Source: Eledone cirrhosa (taxonomy: Eukaryota). Taken from it: a stretch of 64,000 bases of DNA. Made by a program: the position numbers and the translations under genes. Below the pieces are notes generated by a model. The model had not been told where the DNA came from, ran no database searches, and saw only the letters and a program-made list of their open reading frames with translations. Location: positions 32,488,001 to 32,552,000 of the forward strand of contig OZ024754.1 of the NCBI GenBank assembly GCA_964016885.1, in the 5' to 3' direction. Below are positions 1 to 12,799 of this stretch, piece after piece (within the stretch, counting starts at the first letter, position 1; every line of letters starts with the position of its first letter).

Positions 1-32
1 GCATACGTACATACACACATACATACGTACAT

Positions 33-624
33 GGTGGCTGCCAACTCGTTTTCGAGTAGGCCACCACTTTATATCCATGTAGGAGAACCCCTACCGATGC
101 GCTGAACGAGTGTGACTTTTCAGTCCAGCCAGCGACTTGAAAACTCTAGTACAGACACTACACCTGTGACAATGATTGACACACAGTGCTGGGCCCATGG
201 TACCATGTGACGACAAGTGCAGAGAGATCTCCAGATATAAAGCAATGCCTGTGCCGTGAAGCTTTTATAGTGAGCAAAGGCACTGCACAAAGCCAGTCCC
301 ACTCTCTTAACCAAGATGATATTTATGTCAGGTCACCACTTGGTGCTACTGGTAACATGTATCCCAGTACAACCTGTCTCATGGTCGGGTCGTTGGCGAC
401 TAAACTGGCAACCCCACCAAGGTTTCTTGGTGAGGAGGGTGACTTTGGACATCCTGCAGGACTAAAAACAAAACCTGTCAAAGGGCAAAGGAGCTCTTAA
501 GAGTCAATGGCCATCCAAAATCACTGGGAGAGATGACCCCTTAGCCTTTGTCAAGGCAGAATTCTAGGAGAAGGAAAACTCTGATATAACACCTGCAACC
601 CTGATGGTATCCAATGATGTTGAC
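33..624 (-). mobile_element. (TATG)n-associated non-coding retroelement, rearranged copy: 3' half on minus (33-325), 5' half inverted (329-624)
   Basis: Both halves match the intact copies at 34371-34978 and 55821-56436; 16 nt (ttgttcttctttttgg) are missing at the breakpoint; CATA-type repeats on both flanks. Confidence 0.85.
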
Positions 625-1237
625 ATACGTACATACACACACACATACATGCATACGTACATACACACATACATACATGCATACGTACATACACACATAC
701 ATACATAGGTACAAATACACATACATATATAAAAATATATACACAAATATACATACATACACAAACACATAAATACAAACATACATACGTCCATAACTAC
801 ATATATATATACTTTCAAACACACATACATACAAACATATATATACATACATACATACTTACATACAAATATACATAGATACATACATACAAATACACAT
901 ACATACCTATATACAAATATACATACATAGGTACAAATACATACATATATAAAAATATACATACATACATACATAGGTACAAATACACATACATACATAT
1001 ATAAAAATATATACACAAATATACATACATACACAAACACATACATACAGAAATATATACATACACAAACACATACATCCATACATATATACATAATCCA
1101 AACCAAAAGATATATGTATATATATATATAGGGGGGGGGGGAGCCATATAACGTTTACACCTTAAAATATGTACTTTATCCTAAATATTATATGCTTCGC
1201 ATATATATGTAAAAATACTGTTTCTCAAACAATATAT

Positions 1238-1239
<2 letters not shown>

Positions 1240-1308
<69 letters not shown>

Positions 1309-1330
1309 TCTCTCTCTCTCTCTTCTCTCT

Positions 1331-1418
<88 letters not shown>
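1240..1418. repeat. Compound (CT)n-(TA)n microsatellite; one example of dozens of TA/CA/GA/TATG tracts in the window
   Basis: Read directly. Confidence 0.95.
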
Positions 1419-1420
<2 letters not shown>

Positions 1421-1948
1421 AAATGTTAAACAAGGTTCATTAATTAATCAATGAATATAGTTTTACAATAGATTAGAAGCACTCAACCAAAAAGTTTTCT
1501 GGAGTTATTAATATTAATTCAAAATATTAATAAATGTAGACATACACGTAATCAAAATATATTTTTTATTATATATATTTCGGAGGTACTGTGCTGTTTT
1601 TCCAATCATAAACATTCTTTTTCTAATCCGGATAAAAAAATTTTCTACTTCATTATCACAATTAATATGGTCTTTAAAAGAGAAACATATAAAATACTCA
1701 ATCTCTTGGATTAAACTTCGTAACTGCAAAGCATATCGGAACAATTCCATCTCACCTGACTGCAATCTTTGCAATCTAGAGACTCTTTTAATAGTTGCTA
1801 ATTATGGTAATCTAATTAATAAAAAAATTGAGTTATTTTCAAATTGCCCCCATAAATCTGCAAGAACATTTCAAGCATCATATAAATTAAGAAAAAACAT
1901 TGACTGAGTGAGAAAAGATATTGGCTCTTATTAATACTGTTTCTCAAA

Positions 1949-2041
1949 CAGAGCTCAAGCCGTTTCGACGGCTATTTCTGGACTCCAGAAATAGGCGTCG
2001 AAACGGCTTGAGCTCTGCCGTCGGGGTCAAACATTTTCCTA
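1949..2041 (+). mobile_element. Family A fold-back element carrying the 3' half of a hammerhead motif
   Basis: Palindrome 1949-2017; GAAA(2000)-cggc ttgagctct gccg-TC-ggggtc; homologous to 11739, 50170 and 53457. Confidence 0.75.
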
Positions 2042-3057
2042 TATACATATATATAAATGAAAAGTATAGAAATTGTTGTAGCGAGAAGCTAACAGTATTC
2101 CATAATATATAAGTGACTATAGCGTCAAAATGGGAAAATAGTTAACATAAGATATGGGAAAAATAATTCAAACTCAATTCAAAAAGAATCAGGATATAGA
2201 TTTATCCAACAGAATTTAGAGAAATCCAGGGAAAAATCAATAGAGCCTTAACTCATGATAAAACAAAGTCTAAAGTACTCATCCTTCAATTTGGGACAAC
2301 TTCAAACGCTCTGTATAGTCTTGAAAAGACTATTTCACGAAAACTTTCAGTGGGGATGGTCACGGTTGGATTTCGTTCATCAGCAGAGCTCAACATGGTA
2401 ACCAAGGTCTCACTGATTAATATGCCAAAAAGGGAATTTAAAAGCAAGCTAGTTTAACTTCATGCGTGATTATGAAAATAAAACGCACATGTGGACAAAC
2501 AGGGCTGGTGACGTCAGAATGAGACGAATGTTTGTTTACATGAAACAACAGTCAAAAACATTTCGAAAAAAACTCTACGATAAGGAGTTCAGCAAAAAAC
2601 AATATTATCGCGGTCTTTTTTTTTAAAAAAAAATACCGGGATTAGTCACAAATAATTTAAGCACTCTAGGAAATAAATCCGAGTATATATATATAAATGA
2701 AAAGTATATATATATATATATATATATGAATGAAGAATGGCGTGCTGCGTTGTTGCGAACATGAATATATGAATAAAAATAGACAAGGGTTAAAATGTCC
2801 TCTTCAGAAGTCTGCTGATTATCGTTGGTATTTCGACGTATTAAAGACTATATACTTAAAATCAGTGCGAACGATAACTCATATATATATATGTATATAT
2901 GTATATATTGAGCTTTTCTACTGAGAAACATAATCATCATAACATTTTATATATGTTATGATACCTTGAATTAGTGTATATATATATATGTGGGTGTGTG
3001 TGTGTGTATGTATGTATATTTATATATATATACATACACAAATATTATACATACACG

Positions 3058-3090
<33 letters not shown>

Positions 3091-3169
3091 TTATGCATTT
3101 ATAGATACATATATACATGTATACATACATACATTGAGAGATATTGAGAGAAAATAAGATAGAAGAGAG

Positions 3170-3435
3170 AGAGTGAGAGACAGGGGTAGAGAGAAAGAGA
3201 GAGGGGTAGAAAAAGGGCGTAGAGAGAGAGGAGTAGAGAGAGAAAGAGGGTAGAGAGAGAAAGAGGGTAGAGAGAGAGAGTGAGGGAGAGAGAGTATGTG
3301 TGAGAGAGAGAAAATAAGGGTGACGAGAATGGCTCTAAAATTTGAGAGACAGGGGTAGAGAGAAAGAGAGAGGGGTAGAAAAAGGGCGTAGAGAGAGAGG
3401 AGTAGAGAGAGAAAGAGCGTAGAGAGAGAAAGAGG

Positions 3436-3476
<41 letters not shown>

Positions 3477-3536
3477 GGGAGAGAGAGTATGTGTGAGAGA
3501 GAGAAAATAAGGGTGACGAGAATGGCTCTAAAATTT
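3170..3536. repeat. Tandem duplication of a ~180-bp GA-rich unit
   Basis: gagagacaggggtagagag...gggtgacgagaatggctctaaaatttg occurs twice. Confidence 0.85.
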
Positions 3537-3719
3537 GCTGAGATAGTGTCAGCTGTAATTGTAAAGTTAAGTTGAGCTCTGCTGAGATGAGGAAAGTTTC
3601 ACGCTTAAGGAGGCCCAAGGTGGTGTTCAAATTAGCAGAAATACTGATGAGAGATACTGACACTGGGGCTTTCTATTGCAACTAAACAGGGAAGGGGGCC
3701 ATATGTATAGATGTGTGTG

Positions 3720-3772
<53 letters not shown>

Positions 3773-4075
3773 ATATATAAATACATACGCACACATACAT
3801 ATATACATATATACATATATATTTATATATATATATATATGTACACACATATATATTCATAAATAAATAAATATATATATATATATATACACGCACGCAC
3901 ACACACACACGCACACGCACACACACATACACACATATATATATATATATACATATCCATACATACGTATATATATGTATATATATACATACGCACACAC
4001 TTATATATATATATATACACATATATACATACGTATATACATGCATATATACATATACACACACACACACACACA

Positions 4076-4132
<57 letters not shown>

Positions 4133-4237
4133 TGTGTCATCAGTGAGATTTCAGCATTTTAGTTGCCATAGTGATAATGGTGGAGCTGGTGGTGATGATA
4201 CTTGTAGTAGATGTCATAGAAGCAGTTGTGTTAATTT

Positions 4238-5095
<858 letters not shown>

Positions 5096-5846
5096 CCTCT
5101 CTCACCTCATCCCTCTTCTCCCCATTCTTCAACTCTCTCTCTCCCTATCTCTCTCTCTCTCTCTCTCTCTACCTCTCACCCCCACTCTCTCCCTCTCTCC
5201 CTATCTCTCCATCTATCTATCTATCTACTGTCATCACCCCCCTCCCCCCACATGATGTGTCTATCCGTGTTATGTTATGTTATGTTATGGTGCCAAAACC
5301 TCTCGTTATATAAAACCACACACCACAGTGTCTGATTTAACTGATTGCTGCTTCGCTGACCGGCATAAATCGATCAATTAGATCCGTCAAAATGAAAGAT
5401 TTTCTCTTTAGCTTTTATTTTCACTTTTCTTCGCTTGTTTCTTTATTTACAACATATCGTCTGCATTTCCGGCAACAAAAAATAAAGAAACATGAAAAAT
5501 AAATATATATAAATATCTATATCACTTACTGATCATCACAATCATTTCTTCTTCTCTGCCTTCTTCTCTGCCGTCTTCTCTGCCGTCTTCTCTGCCTTCT
5601 TCTCTGCCTTCTTCTTCTTCTTCTTCTTCTTCTTCTTCTTCTTCTTCTTCTTCTTCTTCTTCTTCTTCTTCTTCTTCTTCTTCTTCTTCTTCTTCTTCTT
5701 CTTCTTCTTCTTCTTCTTCTTCTTCTTCTCCCCCCCCACCTCCTCCTTCCAACCAATCCTCTATTCAGTGAACAACAGAAAGTTGGGTTGTAGGAAATTA
5801 ACAGATGTTTTTTGCCTCGGTGGTTGTAACTTTCTAATCCAAAGAT

Positions 5847-5991
<145 letters not shown>

Positions 5992-6035
5992 CGCATACAC
6001 ACACACACATACACACACAGACAATCATATATACA

Positions 6036-6308
6036 GTGTGTGACAGCGTGTGACACAGTGTGTGATACATCGTGTGACACAGTGTGTGATACATTGTGTG
6101 ACACAGTCTGCAACACAATGTGTGACACAGCATGTGACACAATGTGTGACACATCGCGTAACACAATATGTGACACGGTGCGTAATACAATGTGTGACAC
6201 ATCATGTGACACATTGTGTGACACAGCGCGTGACACAGTGTGTGACACAGCGCGTGACACAGCGTGATACAGCATGTACTCAGCTTGTGACACAGCGTGT
6301 GTCACAAC
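6036..6308. repeat. 11-bp minisatellite, consensus ~tgtgacacagy
   Basis: About 24 degenerate tandem units contiguous with a SINE remnant. Confidence 0.85.
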
Positions 6309-6438
6309 TGGCACTTTGAATCACAGATATAACTCATTTTCTCCATCTCAGTTGATTGGAGCAACGTGAGATAAAGTCGCCGAGAATCCACCTGACAACG
6401 TTACGATCGTGATCCAAACGCTCTAACCACTAAGCCAC
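6285..6438 (-). mobile_element. Degraded tRNA-derived SINE (second family)
   Basis: Minus strand begins gtggcttagtggttagagcgtttgga (A-box-like); ctttatctcacgttgctcc matches 38596-38612; body resembles 40950-40990. Confidence 0.65.
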
Positions 6439-6857
6439 AGAGAAACACAGTCGAATCCAAAGACGAAGATTGTCTTAATTATTTGTTGAGATCTTTGCTT
6501 TGACCGAAGAATATTAACTGTAAAATATATTCATAAGACATCATGAAACATCCCATAACATAGACGTTGTTATGGGATTGAAACAACGACTTCATAATTG
6601 CAAAGCAACTTTCTTAACGGTTATACTTGTCAAGCAAATGGTTAAAAAGAAAAAAAAAAGTCAATTGAATGCTAGAAAAATAAATGGTTGCAGGGAAATT
6701 GGCAATTTATTTCTTTATATGTGAAAAAGTACTTTAGCGTGGGGGGGGGGGGGGGGGGGGACTTATAGATATACTGATAGATATATATGGTGATAGAATG
6801 GTAGAAAATATATATAGAGGAAAAAAGAGGAGAAGAGAATGTGTGAGAGAGAGGTTA

Positions 6858-6912
<55 letters not shown>

Positions 6913-6917
6913 TTATC

Positions 6918-9524
6918 AGCAGGTGGTGGGTATCTCTAAAGAGAGAGATTAGAGTAGTCTCGATAGAATTTAGTAAGGTTCTAGCTGCGGATAGAAATAG
7001 GAAGGAAAGGGAGCTAATAGATAGAGTAGAAGAGGCAATTAGAAGCGGCGACGTGGCCAGAGTGCTAGCGTCGAGAACGGCTTTGAGCCAGTTTTTCGAC
7101 GCGAAGCACGAAGGCTGCGTTGTCCGAAGTAAAATACGTGCTCTAGGGAACGAGGGGACCAAAGCTGTTAGCTGGGCCCGCGTGACAGAGGCCAACAGTG
7201 GAACTAAATCCACTATCCGGTCTTTGCGAGACCTGGATGGACGGGCGATTCTTGAGCCTAAGCAGATGTGTGAGGCCTTTCAAAGGCACTTTGCCCGACT
7301 GTTCGGGAGGGGCGGGGAGCCGGTTGGGAATGTGGACTTCGGTCCATACCTCGACGGCCTGCCGCGTCTCTCGGACAGGGAGGCGAAGTCCTGCGAGGAG
7401 CCGATTTCGGCCGCTGAGATAGAGGACGTGCTGGGCCAATGCGGCAAACGCAAATCCCCGGGTCTCGATGGTCTTCCTTACGAATTATATCTAGCTATGC
7501 CGGACTTGTTCCCCGAGCTCCTCGAGGCGGTCTACTGCAACTGGCAACAGAACGGGAGAATTCCCTGTACTGTGACCAAGGGTGTAGTCACGCTAGTGAG
7601 GAAGGACGAGAACAAGGGGGACGAAATAAGTAACTTCAGGCCCATAACTCTGCTAAATACAGAGTTACAGATTTTGGCCAAGGTGCTAGCAAAGAGGTTG
7701 GCGCTTGTCGTGGGCAACCTGGTGGGAGATGCGCAGACATGCGCTATCCCGTCCAGGTCCATCCATGACAACCTCCACCTCATGCGATACATCATAGAGA
7801 GGGTTGGGAACGACCCCGGCTTTGGTGGGGCTCTGATCAACTTGGATCAATCTAAGGCGTTCGATAGGGTCGACCATGGTTACCTGGATGCGGTGCTAGC
7901 GGCGGCAGGCTTCGGACCCGTTTTCAGGGGCTGGATCACTGCTATGCACAGCAGCCGCATCTGCTCTAGGGTCAAGGTGAACGGCTACCTCTCGGAGCCG
8001 TTCAAAATCGCGCGGTCCATCCGACAAGGGTGCCCTCTCTCCTCCCTTCTGTATGTGTTGACTCTCGAGCCACTACTGCGGAAGTTGGAGTTGTTGCAGG
8101 GCATCCCTTTGGAACCGGGATTGCGGAAAGCGGTGTCGGCCTACGCCGATGACGTGACAGTAATGGTGTCGACGGCCTCCGAAATCGAGGCGGTCGGCAC
8201 CTTACTGGAGGAGTACGAAAGGCTCACAGGGGCTAAGCTGAACCGGGACAAGTCGATCGGTTTGCAACTCGGCACGTGGAGGGGCAGACCGATGCCCTCC
8301 GATGGCGTCGTCGGACGCTGGACGGAGGGCCCGGTGAAGTTGCTCGGGGTCTGGTTCGGACCGGACCTCCAGGTGGAGAAAAACTGGGCGGAGGTTACGA
8401 ACAGGGTGTTTGCACTGACCCAGAAGTGGGCCAGTTGCAAACTATCCCTGAAAGGTCGGGCGGAGGTGGCGAACACCTATATAGCGTCCGTCATCTACTA
8501 CCGCCTGACCGTAGTGCCCTGCCCAAGGGAAACCCTCACCAAGATGGAGCGCGCGCTCTTCGAATTCCTTTGGAAGAGGCGGGCTCCTATGGTGAGGAGA
8601 TCCATCTGCTGTCAACACCCTTCGAAAGGAGGGCTGGGGATGCCGTGGCTAATGATGCGTAAACACGCATTAAGGCTACGGCACCTCTACGTATTCCTCA
8701 CCGGTCAACCGGTGTGGGCCTCGTTTGTGAGACGAACCTTTCCCAGACTCGTCTCACTCACCGAGCTGCAATCCTGGGTCAAGCAAAGACCGAGAAAACT
8801 GGGCGCCTGGCACACTGAGTGTGCCCAGGCGCTCACCGCCCTCTGGCAGGCGGATCCGGTTATCAGTGGAGACTCCACCGCAACATTCTATAGAGGGCTG
8901 GTACGCAGCAGGTGCGACGACGCCCTCGGAGAAGCCCTAGACATGGAGGAGGACGAACTGGCCAGCCTGTTCGGTAGGACATTCAGCCCAGGACCTATGG
9001 ACAACTTCCAGAAGTCCCTGGCCTGGCAGTGCTACCGAGGGGCTCTACCCGTTCGAGAAAAGCTCTACAGACACGGGCGCCCGGGTAGGGACCCCGCCAA
9101 AAAGATCTGTCCCAGATGCGTGTGCGACGAGGAAACCGTTGCACACGCATTGGTACACTGCTCGGGCGTAGCCGATCTGTGGGGCTATGTCGAACAACTG
9201 CTGTCAAGGGTGGGACCGATCCGGTTGACCACCGAGTCTATTGTAATAATCAAGCCGCCTCCCCCCTTCAAAGATGAAGGAGAGGCGGTGTTTCTGTGCG
9301 TAATAGCCATGGTGAAAGAAGTTGTATGGTGGACGCGTCTGAAAGGACTGAGGTCAGGCACCTTTCTCTCTGGCCAACAACTGGTCCGTTTCTTCCGATA
9401 TCATTTCGGAAGAAGGATCAGGATGGAGAGAGAGGTGCTCCACCCCAGTCGTTTTTATGAAAGGTGGGTGAAAGTGGCGAGAATGGCCCGTGTGAATGGG
9501 CCTTCTCTTTACATAAGCCTGTAG
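6918..9524 (+). CDS. ORF2 fragment: reverse transcriptase plus C-terminal CCHC finger; APE endonuclease lost by 5' truncation
   Basis: Motifs KSPGLDGLP, NFRPITLLN, LDQSKAFDRVDH, RQGCPLS, YADD, GGLG, CPRCVCDEETVAHALVHC; no stops over ~868 codons. The predicted start at 6798 is read-through of flank and microsatellite. Confidence 0.92.
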   Translation, partial: SRWWVSLKREIRVVSIEFSKVLAADRNRKERELIDRVEEAIRSGDVARVLASRTALSQFFDAKHEGCVVRSKIRALGNEGTKAVSWARVTEANSGTKSTIRSLRDLDGRAILEPKQMCEAFQRHFARLFGRGGEPVGNVDFGPYLDGLPRLSDREAKSCEEPISAAEIEDVLGQCGKRKSPGLDGLPYELYLAMPDLFPELLEAVYCNWQQNGRIPCTVTKGVVTLVRKDENKGDEISNFRPITLLNTELQILAKVLAKRLALVVGNLVGDAQTCAIPSRSIHDNLHLMRYIIERVGNDPGFGGALINLDQSKAFDRVDHGYLDAVLAAAGFGPVFRGWITAMHSSRICSRVKVNGYLSEPFKIARSIRQGCPLSSLLYVLTLEPLLRKLELLQGIPLEPGLRKAVSAYADDVTVMVSTASEIEAVGTLLEEYERLTGAKLNRDKSIGLQLGTWRGRPMPSDGVVGRWTEGPVKLLGVWFGPDLQVEKNWAEVTNRVFALTQKWASCKLSLKGRAEVANTYIASVIYYRLTVVPCPRETLTKMERALFEFLWKRRAPMVRRSICCQHPSKGGLGMPWLMMRKHALRLRHLYVFLTGQPVWASFVRRTFPRLVSLTELQSWVKQRPRKLGAWHTECAQALTALWQADPVISGDSTATFYRGLVRSRCDDALGEALDMEEDELASLFGRTFSPGPMDNFQKSLAWQCYRGALPVREKLYRHGRPGRDPAKKICPRCVCDEETVAHALVHCSGVADLWGYVEQLLSRVGPIRLTTESIVIIKPPPPFKDEGEAVFLCVIAMVKEVVWWTRLKGLRSGTFLSGQQLVRFFRYHFGRRIRMEREVLHPSRFYERWVKVARMARVNGPSLYISL

Positions 9525-9846
9525 GTGGAAAAGAGGAAGGAACGAGGGAGCACCCCCTCTCTGTGCTCCTGAGGAAAAGGGTTGCACACTTTTTTCGGGG
9601 GTGTGTGCGACCCCCCCCAAGGCGCCTCCTCTCTATTAAGGATTTTGTTATAAATTTTATTTTTTGTTATATTTTATAACAAAATCCTCTATTGAGGATT
9701 TTGTTATAATTCTATCTTTTGTTATATTTTTTTTTTTTTTTAAATATATTGTTATTGCCTCCTCCCTATTGAGGACGCCTTGTTTTGTAAACTCCCCCCA
9801 TTGTATTTGTCCCACTTTTGATGCCCTGGTGGCAAATAAAAGAAAC
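6918..9846 (+). mobile_element. 5'-truncated Tx1/L1-clade non-LTR retrotransposon inserted in (TATC)n
   Basis: Long RT ORF, 3' UTR ending ggcaaataaaagaaa, (TATC)n on both sides (6858-6911, 9847-9953), sharp rise in GC content. Confidence 0.93.
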
Positions 9847-9871
9847 ATATCTATCTATCTATCTATCTATA

Positions 9872-9954
<83 letters not shown>

Positions 9955-9989
9955 GTTCTTCTCCTATAGCTGTTATTGTTTATATTCAT

Positions 9990-11480
9990 TTCATTGTACA
10001 AACTTAAAAGAACCAACACTGCTCTCTCAGAACTCATATGGTCCTTAAAAGACAAAAACATTAAATATACCATCTTTTGGAAGAAGGTTTCTTCTGCATC
10101 CTCATACTTGAACAGCTCTCTATCTAAAATCGGTAATCTCTGCCTAAATGAAAAATTTACCATTATCTCTAACCTAGATTCTATAATAAATAGACGTACA
10201 GATTTGTTTTCTATCTGCCTGCATAAATTCCATAGGACTTTTCACAAAGTATACAGTTAATATTCAATTCTTTATCAATTTAGAATCTTTTCTCAAAGGC
10301 ACATATACATACATCTCTTTAAAATATACCCATCTTCCTACCTTACTTTAAAGGGCATTATACACTCTATAATACTTGTTTACTCATTACCCTCATTCTA
10401 TCTTCACCTTGTAAAATCCTTCATAACATATACATTTGCTTTTTTGACGTTAGAATATTCATCCGCAATCATTATTATTTTTTCTCTCTATCATAAATCT
10501 TTTTAATCTCAATTTCATCCTTAATTTATTATTTTTTTCTCCCCATCAACGAACTCATTCTTAATACATATTAACTCTTTATTCGCATATATTATAAATT
10601 CCTTCAATATACAAACTTTAACTTCACATTATTTTTCTCAAATCCTTCTACACACAAACCTTAATAATTTTTCTCTTCGTTAATTTTGAAATTGCCACAA
10701 TACTTATCAACATACACTTTTTTTGACGTTAGAATATTCATCCACAATTATTATTTTTTCTCTCTCTATCTTCATACATAAATTCCCTTCGTTAATTTTC
10801 AAATTCCTTTAATTTATACATTATCTTCCAACGGTTCTCAACCTCTCTATGTAAAACAATATATCTTTTTCTCAGTTATAAAAACTATCTCTTTCTCTCT
10901 ATCACCCATCTCTCCCTCTCCACCTTCACTCTCATCTCCTCCCCCTTTTTTCATACTTTCCACCCCCCCCTCCCTAAATAAAATATTTTTTCCTCGCACA
11001 TATCCTCCCTTCGTTAATTTTCAATTTTTTTTAATTTATACATTATCTTCCAACGGTTTTCAACCTCTCTATGTAAACAATATATCTCCTCTCAGTTATA
11101 AAAACTATCTCTTTCTCTCTATCACCCATCTCTCCCTCTCATCTCCTCCCCTTTTTCATCCTTTCCACCCCCCCCTCTCTAAATAAAATATTTTTCCCAA
11201 TATCACACATCAATCTAAAACCACTTTTCATATGTTGATTTAAAACTGCACTATCCACAAGTGTTTTTTAGCCTTCATATCATGTTCTCCTGTTTTATCT
11301 GATGAAAACACAAATATTATTGCATGATGATGTTTGTTTTTGAAATGCGCATAATAAAATACATGGAACTCCTTTAACCATCTTTTGATCTTATATTATG
11401 TATACTCCAGTCCTACAAACTGTAGAGTGCTTCTTATCCGATATCTGCATTGCTTTATTGTACTACAATAAAACTCACCT
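9990..11480 (+). mobile_element. 3' remnant of a Penelope-like element: GIY-YIG C-terminus, internally duplicated 3' UTR and hammerhead
   Basis: TALSELIWSLKDKNIKYTIFWKKV...NLCLNEKFTII...INRRTDLFSICLHK resembles the PLE endonuclease tail (recalled consensus); hammerhead at 11293; ends in (TA)n. Confidence 0.75.
11293..11359 (+). ncRNA. Minimal type-I hammerhead ribozyme
   Basis: Stem I ttttat/ataaaa; CUGAUGA 11299-11305; imperfect stem II; GAAA 11342-11345; palindromic stem III ugcgca; UA cleavage site 11352-11353. Confidence 0.85.
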
Positions 11481-11515
11481 CCTACATATATATGTATATA
11501 TATATGTACATATAC

Positions 11516-11589
<74 letters not shown>

Positions 11590-11591
11590 TC

Positions 11592-11644
<53 letters not shown>

Positions 11645-11669
11645 TATATATATATATATATATATATGA

Positions 11670-11738
<69 letters not shown>

Positions 11739-11740
<2 letters not shown>

Positions 11741-11930
11741 GGAAAAAGTATGACTCCGACGGCAGAGCTCAAGCCGTTTCGACGGCTATTTCTGGACTGA
11801 AATAGCCGTCGAAACGGCTTGAGCTCTGCCGTCGGGGTCATACTTTTTCCTATTTCCCACTCTACTACCCTAAGTATTGAGTACTCAGGTCCGTTATGGT
11901 CCATCTGGTTCCTTACCACATTTCTTTTGT

Positions 11931-11934
<4 letters not shown>
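11739..11934 (+). mobile_element. Family A fold-back element (114-bp palindrome plus ~80-bp tail)
   Basis: Near-perfect inverted repeat 11739-11852; hammerhead 3' half with GAAA 11811 and GUC 11831-11833; flanked by (TA)n and (CA)n. Confidence 0.85.
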
Positions 11935-11975
<41 letters not shown>

Positions 11976-11977
11976 AC

Positions 11978-12050
<73 letters not shown>

Positions 12051-12799
12051 CATTCATACACACAACACACACACACACACATACACTCACACACACACAT
12101 ACACACACACACACACATATATATATACATATATATATATATACATTCACACACACATACACTCACACACACACACACGCACACACACATACATACACGC
12201 ACACACACACATATATATATATATACACACAAAACACACACGCATAGCTATATATGTATCCGTATATAAATGCATATTTAATATTTTATTCATATATGCG
12301 TGCATTTATAATAGAAATTGTAAAAAGTGTCTAAAAAGTTACATAAATATATCACAGGATCTTTCCAAATGTCCAAAAAAATGGAGTTTATGGGTGTGTA
12401 AAATTACACAACGTCACTTATAGCGGCTATGATGGACGTCAGGCTATAAGTTAAGTTTACAAGATATTACATCGAGAGAATTTTTCTATCTAAATTTAAC
12501 GTCACCATTTATTAAGTTGGCCTGTATGTGTTTTTTTGGGGTTTTTTTTAATGTTTTGTTTTTTGTTTGTTTGTTTGTATGAAGTGAAATCTTCTTTTAC
12601 CATTTGTCATATTACTTCTAGTTTTGTTCTGCCAACATATGTAGATTTATTGTTACAATCTCAGGAATGCATGTATATTCAGTTCAAGGTTGAGGTTTTA
12701 GTGCAGGAAAGCATAGATTAAAATATAATGCATACTACCACTAAGGAACCATGTTTTAGCGTAATCTCTTATAGAAAAGCAAATTGTAATATATTAATG

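Noticed and set aside
186-500. Recurrent small ORFs of the TATG element as a protein family
   Set aside because: They recur because the DNA repeat recurs; this one spans an inversion junction and frames are not kept in deleted or sister copies.
1441-1900. Decayed coding fragment on minus (ORF 1514-1774)
   Set aside because: No diagnostic motif recognised; cannot be assigned without a search.
2355-2392. Minus-strand CTGATGA-ac-GAAA
   Set aside because: No stem II and no convincing stem I or III.
2790-2845. Type-II hammerhead on minus (also 52885-52932)
   Set aside because: Core words are present but the stems do not pair in the required register.
6798-6917. N-terminus of the 908-aa ORF
   Set aside because: Chance in-frame flank and (TATC)n (YLSI repeats), not part of the element.
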